Source: Akkermansiaceae bacterium (GTDB lineage: Bacteria > Verrucomicrobiota > Verrucomicrobiia > Verrucomicrobiales > DEV007). From it: a stretch of 64,000 nucleotides of DNA. The DNA is taken from NCBI GenBank assembly GCA_024233005.1, contig JACKQE010000003.1, positions 219,434 to 283,433 on the forward strand. The letters are read 5' to 3'. Position numbers and translations under genes: made by a program. Below, in pieces: positions 1 through 11,313 of the stretch (positions within the stretch are counted from its first letter, which is position 1; each line of letters begins with the position of its first letter). Under the pieces are notes generated by a model. The model searched no databases. It was not told the origin of the DNA and was given only the letters and a program-made list of their open reading frames with translations.

Positions 1-13
1 GGCAGGAATACCG

Positions 14-373
14 ATGGTCTCCATGAAAGATGCTCCACAACCTGACCCGGATCAACCGATGCGCTATGCCATGCTCGGCGAAGATGCCGCCAGCGACAGC
101 GAGAAACTGGAAAAGTACACCGGCGAAGTCGACTGGCCTTACTTGCGCAAGCATTTTACCTCCGGCGCGTTGCTCTATGTGGATCCCTCACTGAATCTTG
201 TGGAAGTGGGCCAAGCGGTCGCCAAGGACGATACCGCGATGGTCCGGGCGTGGAAACAATCGGGAGACCTCCTGAAACCTTCCGAACCCCACGCCCAGTA
301 TTGGGAGGAAAGTGGGGCCCGCTTTCTCGCCGTGGTCGTATCCCCCTGGGTCCTGATCCAACCTCTCCCCTGA
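14..373 (+). CDS. DUF2288 family protein
   Basis: 119-aa ORF. The central GALLYVDPSLNLVEVGQAVAKDD and C-terminal FLAVVVSPWVLIQ match my recollection of the DUF2288 consensus (ALLKVD..LDL.EVA ... LWAVVVAPWVLVQ). Family recalled from memory, not searched. Confidence 0.55.
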   Translation: MVSMKDAPQPDPDQPMRYAMLGEDAASDSEKLEKYTGEVDWPYLRKHFTSGALLYVDPSLNLVEVGQAVAKDDTAMVRAWKQSGDLLKPSEPHAQYWEESGARFLAVVVSPWVLIQPLP

Positions 374-378
374 ATCCG

Positions 379-1767
379 ATGGACCGCGACTCCCTTAACT
401 CCGGCCTTCTTCTCCTCGTCTGGATCATTCTTACCCCTCCCGGAGGACAATCCGCAGAGCCCCTTTCCCGGGCAGGGGGAGGCAGAATCATTTTTGTCGG
501 GGACAGCATCACCGGCCAAGGCGGAGGCTGGCAGAATGCGGGCTTTGTCTTCCAAATGCGCGACGCTCTGGGAGCCACCGATCCTGATCCCACGCCAGAG
601 TTGGTTCCACTCGGAGGCAGTGGCATGGGGGTGGGAGCCTGGCTCGGACTCCTGAATCAACCGGACAAACAGTCGCGGTATCTCGACGTAAAAGGCGTCG
701 AGGTCGGGACCTCGCTCTCGAAGCCGGCTGATGTACTCGTGGTGATGTTGGGAATGAACGACCTCCTCGCTCCCTATGTGCAGGACAGCGACGAAAGTCT
801 GGACCGGTGGAAGGCGGATTACCAAAAAGTGCTCGACGCCCTGGAAAAACGGCTCCATCCCAAGATCACCGCGCTGGCAACCATCACCCCGCAAACCGAA
901 GATCCCGGAACTCCCAAGAACCAAGTAGAAGCCCGCATGAACGAAAGGATCAGGGCCTTGGCGAACGAAAGGAAGGCCCTCCTGTTGCCAACCCACGCCA
1001 CCTACTGGGAGGTGCTCAAGGAAGCCCGCCAGCGCCAGTCCACCTTCACTCTCGCCGGTGACCGCATTCACCCCAACCAAGCGGGGCATATCGCGGTGGC
1101 CATGGCCATGCTCAAAGGCCTGGGAGAGGACCCGGCGGCAGCCTGGCTCCGGGAAGCTCGCTGGAAACCAATCCTTGACGGACTGACCCCGGTGGCTGCG
1201 CCTCCGCAGCCCCCACCATGGCTGGTCACCAGTGGCCTGATCCTGAAAGGTTGGCAGGAGGCCCCGGCGACGGAGGATCTCGTCCCCAATCCGATCGACC
1301 TTGCCATCCAACGCGGTGAGGATTTCACCCAGGCTCCGTCCCATGAGGGTGGATCCCCCCTGAGCTGGCGCCCCTTCCAATCCGGCATCCACCTCACCGA
1401 CGGAACCAATCCCGACAGCGTGGATTTCGCGGGTATCACCTTTGGACGGAATTTTGAAGCCGGTTATGGAGCCCGTTGGATCCGTTGCGAGACCTCTCAA
1501 CCTGTGAAACTGGCGATGAAAGCCTCCGGCGTGGGATCGGTTAGTCACCTGACGGTTTGGTTGAATGGCGTAGCTGTGTACACGGGGATGCTGACCAGTG
1601 AACCGAAGCGGCAGGCGACACGCGACACGATGCTCCGAGCCGGGTGGAACGTTCTCGTGTTCAAAAGTTGCCACAGGACCTGGCAATGGCAGCAATCCAT
1701 CTCGGTGACCCGGCCCGATGGTAATCCCCCCGCAGAATTGGAGATCCGGGGGGAGCCACCGCCCTGA
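379..1767 (+). CDS. Secreted SGNH/GDSL-family hydrolase with C-terminal beta-rich extension
   Basis: Start moved from 250 to ATG 379, which avoids overlap with the upstream gene and gives the hydrophobic N-terminus LLLLVWIILTPPGG. SGNH blocks are present: FVGDSITGQ (I), MLGMNDL (III), DRIHPNQAGH (V). About 250 aa of unassigned C-terminal domain. Confidence 0.7.
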   Translation: MDRDSLNSGLLLLVWIILTPPGGQSAEPLSRAGGGRIIFVGDSITGQGGGWQNAGFVFQMRDALGATDPDPTPELVPLGGSGMGVGAWLGLLNQPDKQSRYLDVKGVEVGTSLSKPADVLVVMLGMNDLLAPYVQDSDESLDRWKADYQKVLDALEKRLHPKITALATITPQTEDPGTPKNQVEARMNERIRALANERKALLLPTHATYWEVLKEARQRQSTFTLAGDRIHPNQAGHIAVAMAMLKGLGEDPAAAWLREARWKPILDGLTPVAAPPQPPPWLVTSGLILKGWQEAPATEDLVPNPIDLAIQRGEDFTQAPSHEGGSPLSWRPFQSGIHLTDGTNPDSVDFAGITFGRNFEAGYGARWIRCETSQPVKLAMKASGVGSVSHLTVWLNGVAVYTGMLTSEPKRQATRDTMLRAGWNVLVFKSCHRTWQWQQSISVTRPDGNPPAELEIRGEPPP

Positions 1768-1773
1768 CGCGGG

Positions 1774-3072
1774 TCATTCCCGGACAGGGTGGCGATCGGG
1801 ATTAACGAAGATCCAACAACTGGAACCGGCGAGGTAAACCCCTGCGAAAAGCAGCAGCACCAGATTCCAGTTCGAGGTCCATTCGATCAACTTGGCGACG
1901 AGGACAGGGCAGGCGGCTGCGGCAAAATTGCCGGTCATGTTCATCAACCCGAACACCTGGGGAACGCGGTTGCCGCCAATGTCGATCGTCGCCGAAAAAG
2001 CACAGGGGCCCGCCAATGCCGCGAAAAGTGAGCCAAGCGCCAGCAGTCCCACCGCGAGTGGGGCACTCTTGACGAACCAGGCCACCAAAATGAGAAGGGC
2101 GCAGGCCCCGAGAAAGGCGGCCCCGACTCCGCTGCGGCTCAATCGCAAACTGTTCGTGCGCCGCCAAATCCAGTCCGTCAACCATCCGCCGAAGATACTT
2201 CCGGTCAGGGTCCCTGCGAGAACCAATCCCTGAAGATAGCCGGATTCCTCGACGGTCACCCCCCGGGTCTCCTGCAGGAAGGTGGGAAACCAACTGGCAA
2301 AGAACATGTAACCCGAAGCCCGGCAGATCTGCTGACCACAGAGAAACCAGATTGACGGATTGCGGGCCAAATCCCGCCACCCCGGATCCGTCGGGCGCGC
2401 CAATTCCGTTACCCGGTCGCCTTGAACCAGGGCCAGGTCCCCGGCGCTGATCCCGGGCGCCTGCTCCGGGTGGTCCCGGAACCGTAGAAAAAACCACACC
2501 GCCCAGACCACTCCGGGCAGCGCAAAGACGACAAACACCCAGCGCCATCCCAATGGAGCGATCAGCGGACCGGTCAAGGCACTCGCCAGAATGGCCCCCA
2601 CCTGCATTCCGGCGGCGAGGACCCCGCAGGCCAAGGATCTCCTCGCCAAAGGCATCCAATGACCGATGGATTGGCAGGATGCCGGAAAAATTCCAGCTTG
2701 GGCGATGCCCATGATGAGCTGCGCGACAATGAGCAGCCAGAAGCCCGGCGCCAGCCCGATGCCGATCGTTGCCAGTGACCACGCCAAGGCAAAGACCGTC
2801 AGCACGACGCGGGTGCCGAACCGCTGGGCGAACCATCCGCTGGGCACTTGGAAGACTGCATAAGTCCAGAAAAAGGAGCCCATGAACCATCCGGATTGTT
2901 CCAATGTGAGCCCCAGATCCAGACGGATCGTGCTTTCGGCAACCCCGATCGCATTCCTGCAAAGATAAGCCAGAGCCGCCGCCACAGTCAGCCACGCCAC
3001 CGCGCGGTATCTCAGGCGGGTGGACTGGCTGGGAGTGCTGGCTGGGCCAGGATGGTCGACTTTTGGTTTCAT
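1774..3072 (-). CDS. MFS transporter (anion:cation symporter-like, sugar-acid type)
   Basis: Start set at ATG 3072 (MKPKVDHP...), 30 nt after the upstream stop at 3102. Multiple hydrophobic helices. The N-terminal pattern LCRNAIGVAE...GWFMGSFFWTYAVFQVPSGWFAQRFGTR is typical of ACS-family MFS proteins such as hexuronate/galactonate transporters. Confidence 0.7.
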   Translation of the reverse strand: MKPKVDHPGPASTPSQSTRLRYRAVAWLTVAAALAYLCRNAIGVAESTIRLDLGLTLEQSGWFMGSFFWTYAVFQVPSGWFAQRFGTRVVLTVFALAWSLATIGIGLAPGFWLLIVAQLIMGIAQAGIFPASCQSIGHWMPLARRSLACGVLAAGMQVGAILASALTGPLIAPLGWRWVFVVFALPGVVWAVWFFLRFRDHPEQAPGISAGDLALVQGDRVTELARPTDPGWRDLARNPSIWFLCGQQICRASGYMFFASWFPTFLQETRGVTVEESGYLQGLVLAGTLTGSIFGGWLTDWIWRRTNSLRLSRSGVGAAFLGACALLILVAWFVKSAPLAVGLLALGSLFAALAGPCAFSATIDIGGNRVPQVFGLMNMTGNFAAAACPVLVAKLIEWTSNWNLVLLLFAGVYLAGSSCWIFVNPDRHPVRE

Positions 3073-3101
3073 GGCCGTCCGGGCCTCAGGGAGTGGTCCA
3101 T

Positions 3102-4490
3102 TCACGGTTGGTCGGCAACCAGTTGCGCCACCAATGAAGTCATCGCCTCCAGAACCAGCTCGAGACTGCCGCGTCCGAATGGTGTCTGCCAGACCGGGTA
3201 AATCTCCTGTTCGTAGAGATCGGAAGGAGGCAGATAACCGATCGAGCCATTGATCAAATTCTGGCAGATGAGGCTTCGGCCAGGAAAACGGCGCCGCAGT
3301 TCGGTCTGCAAGAAGGAGTAGGCTTCGCAACACGATCCCACCAGCACCGCATCGCCCATTCTCCAGGCATGGATGGGAAGATCAAAGGTCGTGCCGTCGC
3401 CGAGACCTTGCCGGATGCTCAGTTTGCGCCGAAGACGCTCCTCCAGGGCCCGGTCCGTGCAGGATTGCCGCTGGCGCTCCAACTCCGCAGCGGTCGGCCA
3501 GTCCTGCAAGGGCAGCTTCACCGTGGCCCGGAGGGACCGCAGCAGCGTCGAAGGGTTCCCGGATTCATGCCCCCAAACCGCCAGCGGAGCCCCCGACTCC
3601 ACGGTGCCGCGGTAGACGAAGCAGGTGCCCGGCGGATCCATGCCGGCGAGAGTCGACAGCGCCGCATGCCCCAGTTGGCGACCGTGCTGGTCGGCAACCG
3701 CCGGATCCCCCACGTACTGGTGCCTCGGAGCCAGTTCGCCGCACGCTCCGAGCAGGAATAGGGCAGGGGCTCCGGTGGCGGTGTCGATGGTGTCCCGCAT
3801 GGCGCCGACGTAGTCTGGAGATATCGCACGGTTGTCCCACGCCAACGTCGTGGGGTGACAGGCGTAGTTGACGAGCGTCGCCCGGATAGTTCCCCCAGCA
3901 TCGGTGATCCGGCCGACCAGCAGGGTGTCGTCCGGACAGCCCCCGGGATCGTATCCACAGAGAATGCGGTTTCGATCGGGCGCCGGATCGGGCAAATCTC
4001 TCACGGTCGCCAAACCACAATGCCCGGTCTGCCAATCCAGGGTGGCCTCGCTGGCAGTGGCAATGGCCTTCCTCACCGCTGCGATGGCCAGATCGGGAAG
4101 GCTGTCCATCCACGCCTTGAGCAGCGCACTGCCGGGCAGGGAAGGATCTGGCTCCATCAAAGGGGGACCGGAATGGGTGTGGCTCAGCGCAACGATCAGG
4201 TCGGAATCCTCCACCGGCAACGCTTCCAGGAGATGTCCTTGGAACCGCCGGAATGTCTCCAACGTTCTCCACCAACCGAGATCGGCATCCAGATAGATCA
4301 GCCTCGGCCCATCCTCCAAGGACTCCAGAGTCATCACCGTGAGCCACAGGGGCCGGTGCACCGACTCCGCCACGTCATGCCGCGCCGCGCCCCAGTTGCG
4401 GGCATAGATGCCGACGGGCGGGGTGATGTCAGTCCGGGAAATGCCGATCCTGCCATAAAAGGAATCGTGCGAGGGCTTCAGTAGGTTCAT
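3102..4490 (-). CDS. Hypothetical protein, neutral/alkaline ceramidase N-terminal-like
   Basis: 462-aa ORF. The N-terminal GISRTDITPPVGIY..NWG resembles the start of the ceramidase-like fold (DITPP.G). Co-oriented and tightly spaced with the dehydratase and MFS genes. Function not assignable. Confidence 0.45.
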   Translation of the reverse strand: MNLLKPSHDSFYGRIGISRTDITPPVGIYARNWGAARHDVAESVHRPLWLTVMTLESLEDGPRLIYLDADLGWWRTLETFRRFQGHLLEALPVEDSDLIVALSHTHSGPPLMEPDPSLPGSALLKAWMDSLPDLAIAAVRKAIATASEATLDWQTGHCGLATVRDLPDPAPDRNRILCGYDPGGCPDDTLLVGRITDAGGTIRATLVNYACHPTTLAWDNRAISPDYVGAMRDTIDTATGAPALFLLGACGELAPRHQYVGDPAVADQHGRQLGHAALSTLAGMDPPGTCFVYRGTVESGAPLAVWGHESGNPSTLLRSLRATVKLPLQDWPTAAELERQRQSCTDRALEERLRRKLSIRQGLGDGTTFDLPIHAWRMGDAVLVGSCCEAYSFLQTELRRRFPGRSLICQNLINGSIGYLPPSDLYEQEIYPVWQTPFGRGSLELVLEAMTSLVAQLVADQP

Positions 4491-4502
4491 CGTGATTGCG
4501 GT

Positions 4503-5681
4503 TCACCAATCCCCCACCGCGCCGTCCTGGTAAAAGACGCGTTGTGGGACTTCCTGCTCGAACGGGTGTCGACGAACTTCGTCCTCGTTGATTTCTATGC
4601 CCAGCCCCGGCCGTGTTCCCGGTGTCACCGTGCGTGTGGCAGGATCGATGGTGAATCCTTCATCGACCACCGCCTCTCTCCAGGGCACATCATGATGCAC
4701 GGATTCGCAGATGATGTAGCCGGGCTGGGAGAAGCCGAATTCCAGGGAAGCTGCCGTGCTGACCGGCCCCTGCGGATTGTGGGGCGCGATTCCGATCCGG
4801 TGAGCATCGGCCAGAGCCGCGATCCGCCGGGCCTCGGTGAATCCGCCACAATGGGTCAGGTCGAGTTGGCAGACATCGCATCCTCTCACCGCGAAGAGAT
4901 CTCGAAAGGCCGCGAGATGGGTCAACCGCTCCCCCGTGGCAATGGGCGTGGCCACCGAGGCGTTGATGGCGGCGAGTCCCTCCAGATGCTCCGGCCAGCA
5001 GGGTTCCTCAAAAAAATACAGACCGTAGGGTTCGAGAGCCTTGGCGAACTGCATCCCCATCGCCGGAGACGGACGCGCATGGCAGTCCACCATGATGTCG
5101 ATCTCGTCTCCCACGGCCCCGCGCATGGCCGCCACGCAGGCCTCGGCGGCTTTGATCGGCTTCAGTCCCTCGATGGGCATCGTCGGCGGGACGGCCATGG
5201 ACTTGAAGGCGGTGAAGCCCTCCTCCACAGCTTCCAAGGCCAACTCGGCAAACTGCTTCGCATTGTCCACTGCCGTGCCATAAAAGCTCTCCATGTTGCC
5301 CCCGCCGAGATGGCAATAGAGACGGATGGAATCCCGCACCGAGCCCCCCCAGAGCTTGTGACAGGGAACCCCGTGGATCTTTCCGACAATGTCCCACAAG
5401 GCAAGATCAATGCCGGCGATGGCGGTGGACCGCACCACCCCGTGGCCGTGCCAAAAATGCTGCCGCCACATCATCTGCCAAAGATGTTCGACCCGTGTCG
5501 GATCTTCCCCAATGACCAATGTCTCCAGGTCCGCGATGGCGCCAACGACAGCCCGGGTATGCCACTCGAGAGTGGCTTCGCCCCATCCGAAAAGCCCCGG
5601 ATGATCCGTCAACACTTTGACAAAGATCCAGTTCCGCATCTTCGCATGGCAGACCAGAGTTTCGATTTTCGTGATTTTCAT
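4503..5681 (-). CDS. dgoD: Enolase-superfamily dehydratase, D-galactonate dehydratase family (DgoD-like)
   Basis: MKITKIET..., [35 protein letters not shown] and the C-terminal [12 protein letters not shown]...YQDGAVGDW run parallel to E. coli DgoD as I remember it (MKITKITT..., AIAGIDQALWDIKGK, PGLGVEIDE...HEDGSVAEW). Substrate (galactonate versus a related acid sugar) is not certain. Confidence 0.65.
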   Translation of the reverse strand: MKITKIETLVCHAKMRNWIFVKVLTDHPGLFGWGEATLEWHTRAVVGAIADLETLVIGEDPTRVEHLWQMMWRQHFWHGHGVVRSTAIAGIDLALWDIVGKIHGVPCHKLWGGSVRDSIRLYCHLGGGNMESFYGTAVDNAKQFAELALEAVEEGFTAFKSMAVPPTMPIEGLKPIKAAEACVAAMRGAVGDEIDIMVDCHARPSPAMGMQFAKALEPYGLYFFEEPCWPEHLEGLAAINASVATPIATGERLTHLAAFRDLFAVRGCDVCQLDLTHCGGFTEARRIAALADAHRIGIAPHNPQGPVSTAASLEFGFSQPGYIICESVHHDVPWREAVVDEGFTIDPATRTVTPGTRPGLGIEINEDEVRRHPFEQEVPQRVFYQDGAVGDW

Positions 5682-5707
5682 GCAGCACCGTTCCGCCGGA
5701 GAGAACC

Positions 5708-5727
5708 TGTTATTGTCGCCAATAACA
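5708..5727. promoter_or_regulatory. Perfect 8-4-8 palindrome TGTTATTG-TCGC-CAATAACA, candidate GntR operator
   Basis: Read directly in the 149-nt divergent intergenic region between the dehydratase operon (start 5681, minus) and the GntR gene (start 5831, plus). GntR/FadR-type regulators bind short AT-rich palindromes. Confidence 0.5.
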
Positions 5728-5830
5728 AGAAAAAATTGATTTCCGCAGCGGAATAATTCATCCTCTTCCCATCAGCATCGCCGCTTACATCCAAAACGAT
5801 CTAGAAGCTCGCCTGAGGAACGGGCAGGCA

Positions 5831-6649
5831 TTGCCCGCGCCGCTCACGCTGGATGCCCTGTCCCGGCATTATGAGGTCAGTTCCACTCCCGTGCGTGCCG
5901 CCGTGGCCGCACTGACCGACGGAGGCCTGCTCACCAAAAAAGCCAACGGCCGGCTTGCTCCCGCCGATTGGTCCCCTCCGACCACAACGGCCGAGCCGAT
6001 TCCCAAAGCCAGGCTGCCCCTTTCTCCTCCAGATCCCTCCAAGCGCATTTCCTTCGATTTGGTCACGCTCAGCCTGGAAGGGGAACCCCTCCATCTCCGG
6101 GAAGAGGTCACCGCGGAGAAATATGGTCTGAGCCGTTCCGCCGTGCGCAACATCCTCCACCGTCTGGCCGGTCAGGGCTTGTTGGAGCACATTCCCCGCC
6201 GCGGATGGCGTCTCCGTCCCTTCCGTCAGGAAGACCTGAGGTCTTTCATCGAAGTGCGGGAGGTTTTGGAATTGAAAGCACTGGATCTGGCCCGACCGCG
6301 CCTCGTCGAAGCGGATCTGAGGGCCATCCTTGATGGGAATCTCGAACCGGCGGATGAAGGTGAACCACCTTTGATCGACAACTCGCTCCATGCTTACATC
6401 ATCGGGAAGGCGGAAAACCATTACCTCCGCGATTTCTTCAACCGCCATGGTCATTACTATGACATTCTGTTTGAATGGGAAGATCTGGACCGGTCCACGG
6501 CCATCGAGACCGTCCGTCAGCACCGTGACATTCTGACTCCGATGCTGGAGAAGGACTGGCGCAGCGCCGCCAAAGCATTGTCCCATCACATCCGCGAGAA
6601 TCACCCGATCCTCAGCCGTTTCCGCAAGCCGTCATCCCAAGGGAGTTGA
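5831..6649 (+). CDS. GntR-family transcriptional regulator (FadR/FCD type) with an extra N-terminal wHTH-like segment
   Basis: TTG start at 5831 is the first canonical start after the in-frame stop at 5723. The canonical wHTH is LREEVTAEKYGLSRSAVRNILHRLAGQGLLEHIPRRGWRLRP, followed by a helical FCD-like C-terminus. An earlier segment, LSRHYEVSSTPVRAAVAALTDGGLLTKKANGRL, looks like a second wHTH recognition region. Confidence 0.7.
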   Translation: MPAPLTLDALSRHYEVSSTPVRAAVAALTDGGLLTKKANGRLAPADWSPPTTTAEPIPKARLPLSPPDPSKRISFDLVTLSLEGEPLHLREEVTAEKYGLSRSAVRNILHRLAGQGLLEHIPRRGWRLRPFRQEDLRSFIEVREVLELKALDLARPRLVEADLRAILDGNLEPADEGEPPLIDNSLHAYIIGKAENHYLRDFFNRHGHYYDILFEWEDLDRSTAIETVRQHRDILTPMLEKDWRSAAKALSHHIRENHPILSRFRKPSSQGS

Positions 6650-6653
6650 AGCC

Positions 6654-9600
6654 ATGCCGCCGACCTTCCGCTTCTTCACCTCCCTGGACACGTCGGCAAC
6701 ATTCCTCCGTGGATGGCTCCTTTTGACGGGGCTTCTGCTCTGGATGGACACGGCGAAAGTCTCCGCGGAGGATGCCAAAACCTATCTCGACGAGGTCAAA
6801 CCTTTGTTGCGCGAACGCTGTTACGCCTGCCATGGAGCCCTCAAGCAAAAAGGCCGGCTCCGTCTCGACACCGCGCAACGGATTCTCGCGGCGGAAGTGA
6901 TCGCCAATGGCGAGCTCCTCGCCCGGGTCACCTCCCAGGATCCGGAGAAACGGATGCCCCATGAGGGAGCGCCTCTCAAGCCCGCCCAAATCGCCATCCT
7001 CCGCCGGTGGATCGACGCCGGAACTCCGGCCCCGGAGAATGAAGCGGAAGAGGCCGATCCCAAGTCCCACTGGGCATTTCAGCGCATCGAACGGCCTCCC
7101 GTCCCGGCCGGTGCATTCTGCAACCCCGTGGACGCTTTCCTCGGAGCCAAACAGTCCGGACATTCCCTCAAGGTCCAGCCTGAAGCTGAGCGGAGTATTT
7201 TGATCCGTCGCGCCAGCCTTGATCTGACGGGACTTCCTCCCACCGAAGCCCAGCTCACCAGTCAGGCTCCCTTTGAAGAAACCGTCGACCGGCTTCTCGA
7301 AAGCCCCCAGTATGGCGAGCGCTGGGGTCGGCACTGGATGGATGTGTGGCGCTATTCGGACTGGTATGGCCTGGGAGCGCAGTTGCGCAACAGTCAGAAA
7401 CACCTTTGGCACTGGCGGGATTGGATCGTCCAGTCTCTCAACACCGACAAGGGGTATGACCGGATGGTGGAGGAAATGCTCGCCGGGGACGAAATTGCGC
7501 CTGACGACATCGACTCGGTCACGGGCACCGGATTCCTCGCCCGGAATTACTACCTCTTCAACCGCACGACTTGGCTCGACGACACCATCGAGCACACCGC
7601 GAAGGCCTTTCTGGGTCTCACGATGAACTGCGCGAAATGCCACGACCACAAATATGATCCGATCAGCCAGGTCGATTACTACCGCTTCCGGGCGATCTTC
7701 GAACCTCACCAGATCCGTCTCGACGAGATTCCTGGGGAGACTGATTTCGAAAAGGATGGCCTGCCCCGCGCCTATGATGATCAGCCCGGAGCCGAAACCT
7801 TCCTGCACGTCCGGGGCGATCCGGCCCATCCTGACAAGGAGACCAAGATCACCCCGGGGGTGCCCGCGATTCTTGCCGGATTCGAAACGCCTCCGCGGCC
7901 GGTGGAGTTGCCCCTTTCCGCCTGGGCTCCCGGAGCCCGCGACTTCGTCAGACGGGATCTGCTGCGGGCCGCCGAAACACGCCTCGCCGATGCGGAACAG
8001 GCCCTGAAAAAAGCACGGGAGGCCCGGGCTACTCCCCCACCATTGCAAAGCGCTGCCGCTCCGGCGTCGCCAGAGGCACCGGCTGCGGTCATCACCGACG
8101 CGTTCGACACCGCCAGACCGGAGCTCTGGACCCTTGAAGGCCCGGGCTGGCGTTACCAGGGGGGAAGTTTGGCGCAGCTGGAATCAACCCGTGACAAGCA
8201 GTTTGCCCGCACCAAGATCGCCCATCCGGCCGACTTCGATCTGACGTTGAAATTCCGCACCACCGGCGGAGGAACCTACAAGTCGGTCGGGATCCGTTTC
8301 GACGTGAGCCACGATGGCAGCGAGGCCAACACGGTGTATGCGAGCGCCCACGCACCCGGCCCAAAGGTCCAGATCGCCCATACCAAGGGCAATCAAACCA
8401 CGTATCCCTCCAACGGCAAAATCGACCGACCGATCCAGTTGAACCGGGATCACGAACTGGGCATCCGGGTCCGGGACCGGCTCATCAATGTCACGCTCAA
8501 CGGGGAATTTCTCCTCGCCTATACGCTTCCCGGGCGAGCTCCCGGTGGTCTCCTCGAGCTCTTCGCTTTTGATGCCACGGCGGAATTCGACTCGTTGGAG
8601 GTCCATCCCCTGCCTCTAGCGGTGGCCCTGAAAGATGCCGGGGCTCCCGCCAAGGCCGGAACCACCGTGGATCCCGCCGCCGCGCTGGAGCTTGCCGAAG
8701 CCAGGGTCGCTGAATCCGAAACCGGACTCCGGTCTCTTCAAGCCAGGATCGCCGCCGATGATGCGGCCCTGCTCGGAAAGGACTCCGGTGCAGCGAAGGA
8801 AGCCGCCCTGCTGGAGCGAAAGCATGCCGTCGCGGCCGCCCGGGTCGAGCTTCTCACGGCGGAAGCCGGCAAGGTGGACGCGGCCATGAAAGCCCTCGCC
8901 GCGGCGGAGAAAAACCTCCAGAACTCCGATACCGCCCACACTCCGGTGCGGGGAAGTTTCAAGGCCCTCGAGACCCCGGAGCACACCCAGGCACAATATC
9001 CGGCAACCTATGCCAAGGTCAGCACCGGACGCCGCACCGCGCTGGCACGCTGGATCACCTCACGGGAAAATCCACTGACCGCCCGGGTGGCGGTGAATCA
9101 CATCTGGATGCGTCACTTTGGGGAACCCCTCGTCGAGACCGTGTTCGATTTCGGACTCCGTGCGCCGAAGCCCGAGCACGCCGACCTGCTCGACTATCTG
9201 GCCGCCGAACTGATCGACTCCGGCTGGAGCATGAAGCATCTCCACCGACTTCTGCTGACTTCCCGGACCTGGCGCAGAAGTTCGTCCAACCTCGGGGCCG
9301 ATCCGCAAACCCTCGCCGCGGATCCCGCCAACCATTTCTATTGGCGCATGGCGCCGCGGCGCATGGAGTCCGAAGTCCTCCGCGATTCCCTGTTGCAGCT
9401 CGGCGGACAGCTCGATCTGCAGGCCGGGGGACCTTCTCTCGAGGCCGGTGGCGATTCCCACCGCCGCAGCCTGTATCTCAAACATTCGCGCGATGACCAA
9501 TCCCTCCTGCTCGCCACGTTCGATGATGCCGACATCCTCGCCTGCTACCGGCGCAGCGAAAGCATCGTCCCGCAGCAGGCACTCGCCCTGTCGAACAGCA

Positions 9601-9815
9601 AACTCTCCCTCGACACCGGACGACTTCTGGCCGGAAACATCGGACCGGTGTCCGATGACCGGGCTTTTGCCCTGAAAGCCTTCTCACTGGTGCTGTGCCG
9701 CGCCCCCACCGAAGAGGAACTGACGGCCTGCCTCGAATTCCTGAAAGCGGTTCCCAAACGCGACCGGCTGGTCCACGCTTTGCTCAATCACAATGACTTT
9801 GTCATGATCCGATGA
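6654..9815 (+). CDS. PSCyt1/DUF1549/DUF1553 (PSD1) family secreted protein with inserted DUF1080/LamG-like domain and coiled coil
   Basis: Signal-like N-terminus. CYACH at 6819..6833, a second CxxCH in [13 protein letters not shown], a [13 protein letters not shown] (DUF1549) motif and the C-terminal [11 protein letters not shown] (DUF1553 end). Residues encoded by about 8086..8613 look like a DUF1080 jelly-roll (DFDLTLKFR..., [18 protein letters not shown]). Confidence 0.8.
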   Translation: MPPTFRFFTSLDTSATFLRGWLLLTGLLLWMDTAKVSAEDAKTYLDEVKPLLRERCYACHGALKQKGRLRLDTAQRILAAEVIANGELLARVTSQDPEKRMPHEGAPLKPAQIAILRRWIDAGTPAPENEAEEADPKSHWAFQRIERPPVPAGAFCNPVDAFLGAKQSGHSLKVQPEAERSILIRRASLDLTGLPPTEAQLTSQAPFEETVDRLLESPQYGERWGRHWMDVWRYSDWYGLGAQLRNSQKHLWHWRDWIVQSLNTDKGYDRMVEEMLAGDEIAPDDIDSVTGTGFLARNYYLFNRTTWLDDTIEHTAKAFLGLTMNCAKCHDHKYDPISQVDYYRFRAIFEPHQIRLDEIPGETDFEKDGLPRAYDDQPGAETFLHVRGDPAHPDKETKITPGVPAILAGFETPPRPVELPLSAWAPGARDFVRRDLLRAAETRLADAEQALKKAREARATPPPLQSAAAPASPEAPAAVITDAFDTARPELWTLEGPGWRYQGGSLAQLESTRDKQFARTKIAHPADFDLTLKFRTTGGGTYKSVGIRFDVSHDGSEANTVYASAHAPGPKVQIAHTKGNQTTYPSNGKIDRPIQLNRDHELGIRVRDRLINVTLNGEFLLAYTLPGRAPGGLLELFAFDATAEFDSLEVHPLPLAVALKDAGAPAKAGTTVDPAAALELAEARVAESETGLRSLQARIAADDAALLGKDSGAAKEAALLERKHAVAAARVELLTAEAGKVDAAMKALAAAEKNLQNSDTAHTPVRGSFKALETPEHTQAQYPATYAKVSTGRRTALARWITSRENPLTARVAVNHIWMRHFGEPLVETVFDFGLRAPKPEHADLLDYLAAELIDSGWSMKHLHRLLLTSRTWRRSSSNLGADPQTLAADPANHFYWRMAPRRMESEVLRDSLLQLGGQLDLQAGGPSLEAGGDSHRRSLYLKHSRDDQSLLLATFDDADILACYRRSESIVPQQALALSNSKLSLDTGRLLAGNIGPVSDDRAFALKAFSLVLCRAPTEEELTACLEFLKAVPKRDRLVHALLNHNDFVMIR

Positions 9816-11242
9816 ATCCTGAAACATCATTCCTGGCTTCCCGGCGCCATTTTCTGCATCAGGCAGGACTCGGCTTCGGAGGGATGGCCCTGAATTCCCT
9901 GCTGCAAGCTGAAACCCGCCTGCCGCCATCCGGCAAACCGCATAGCACACCGAAGGCCAAAAGTGTGATCTGGCTGTTCATGCGCGGGGGGGTCAGCCAC
10001 ATGGAAAGCTTTGATCCCAAGCCAGCCCTGAATCGCTACGCGGGCAAAACCATCGAGGAAACCCCCTATGCCGACGTTCTGGCACCGGAGCGTTTCAAGG
10101 ATCTGAGGGTCGTCGTGGTGAATGATGCCAACGGGAAAACGCGCAACACGATCTACCCACTCCAGGTGGGATACCAGCCCCGGGGTCAATCCGGCGCCTT
10201 GGTCAGTGACTGGTTCCCCCATCTCGGCGGTTGTGTCGATGACCTGGCCATCATCCGGTCGATGTGGACAACAGACAACAACCATGGGGCCCAGGTGCAG
10301 TTCCACTCCGGCCGCCACATGCTCGATCCCCGCGTTCCCACGATCGGAGCCTGGGTCAACTATGGCCTGGGCACTTTGAACGAGAACCTGCCGCAGTTCA
10401 TCAACATGGGGCCACGATTCTTTGACAAACGCGACGGCCACTACCTCGGACCGGCCTATGATGCGGTGACCTTGAAAATCGACCCTCAAAAACCTTTGGA
10501 TTTTGCCAAGCCTGAAGGGAATGTCACCCCAGAGGAACAGCTGCTCGGACTGGGCCTGACCAACCGGCTGAACCGAATGGCCGCCAAAGGATACCCCGGC
10601 GATGCCATACTGGAAGCCCGCATCCGCTCCTATGAACTGGCCTACCGCATGCAAACAGCGGTGCCCGACGTCATCGACTTCAGTGGTGAATCGGAAGCCA
10701 CCAAGAAGCTCTATGGTCTGGACCAGCAGGAGACCCGGCCTTTCGGCGAGCAGTTACTGGCGGCCCGGCGCTTTGTCGAGCGCGGCGTGCGCTTCATCCA
10801 GATCATGCACGGTGATGGGGCCGCGGGGGCCTGGGATCAGCATTCCAAACTCCGGGAAAACCACAGCAAGTTGGCCCTGCAGGTCGATCGTCCGGCAGCA
10901 GGACTCCTCCAGGATTTGAAGCAGCGCGGGCTCCTCGACGATACCATTGTCGTCTTCGCGACCGAGTTCGGCCGGACGCCGGGTTCCCAGGGATCCGATG
11001 GAAGGGATCATCACCCGTTCGGTTTCAGCGTCTGGATGGCGGGGGGAGGCATCAGGGGAGGCATCGTCCATGGAGCGACCGATGAACTGGGCTTCCATGC
11101 GGTGGAGGATCCGCATTACGTCACCGATGTGCACGCCACCATCCTGCGGCAACTGGGTTTGGACCCCCGAGCTCTGGAGGTTCCGGGCCACAAGCGTCTC
11201 GAACGGGACTTTGGTCATCCCATCGAGGCCATCCTGACGTGA
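9812..11242 (+). CDS. DUF1501 domain protein (sulfatase/alkaline-phosphatase fold, Tat signal)
   Basis: ATGA stop/start overlap with the upstream gene. Tat-like [18 protein letters not shown], then [16 protein letters not shown] and [21 protein letters not shown]...TDELG...[13 protein letters not shown], typical of DUF1501. Confidence 0.8.
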   Translation: MNPETSFLASRRHFLHQAGLGFGGMALNSLLQAETRLPPSGKPHSTPKAKSVIWLFMRGGVSHMESFDPKPALNRYAGKTIEETPYADVLAPERFKDLRVVVVNDANGKTRNTIYPLQVGYQPRGQSGALVSDWFPHLGGCVDDLAIIRSMWTTDNNHGAQVQFHSGRHMLDPRVPTIGAWVNYGLGTLNENLPQFINMGPRFFDKRDGHYLGPAYDAVTLKIDPQKPLDFAKPEGNVTPEEQLLGLGLTNRLNRMAAKGYPGDAILEARIRSYELAYRMQTAVPDVIDFSGESEATKKLYGLDQQETRPFGEQLLAARRFVERGVRFIQIMHGDGAAGAWDQHSKLRENHSKLALQVDRPAAGLLQDLKQRGLLDDTIVVFATEFGRTPGSQGSDGRDHHPFGFSVWMAGGGIRGGIVHGATDELGFHAVEDPHYVTDVHATILRQLGLDPRALEVPGHKRLERDFGHPIEAILT

Positions 11243-11313
11243 TCCTCCCTGCAGTCCCTTGCGAAACAGGAGATTGACGAACCGAGGAGAGAGGCCCGAA
11301 GTTCGACATCACC

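Noticed and set aside
250-378. Upstream extension of the SGNH hydrolase ORF (start at 250).
   Set aside because: It would overlap the DUF2288 gene by 124 nt and encodes Arg/Pro-rich sequence. ATG 379 gives a sensible signal-like N-terminus right after the upstream stop.
175-1695. Long antisense or alternative-frame ORFs throughout the track. Examples: 175..1695 (-), 6612..8048 (-), 15826..17100 (-), 17646..19208 (-), 25464..26921 (-), 27334..28683 (-), 29714..31216 (-), 39084..40904 (-), 40783..42078 (+), 45419..46822 (+).
   Set aside because: They lie opposite or out of frame to ORFs with clear family motifs. They are Arg/Gly/Pro/Ala-rich, as expected for spurious open frames in high-GC DNA, and contain no recognisable motifs.
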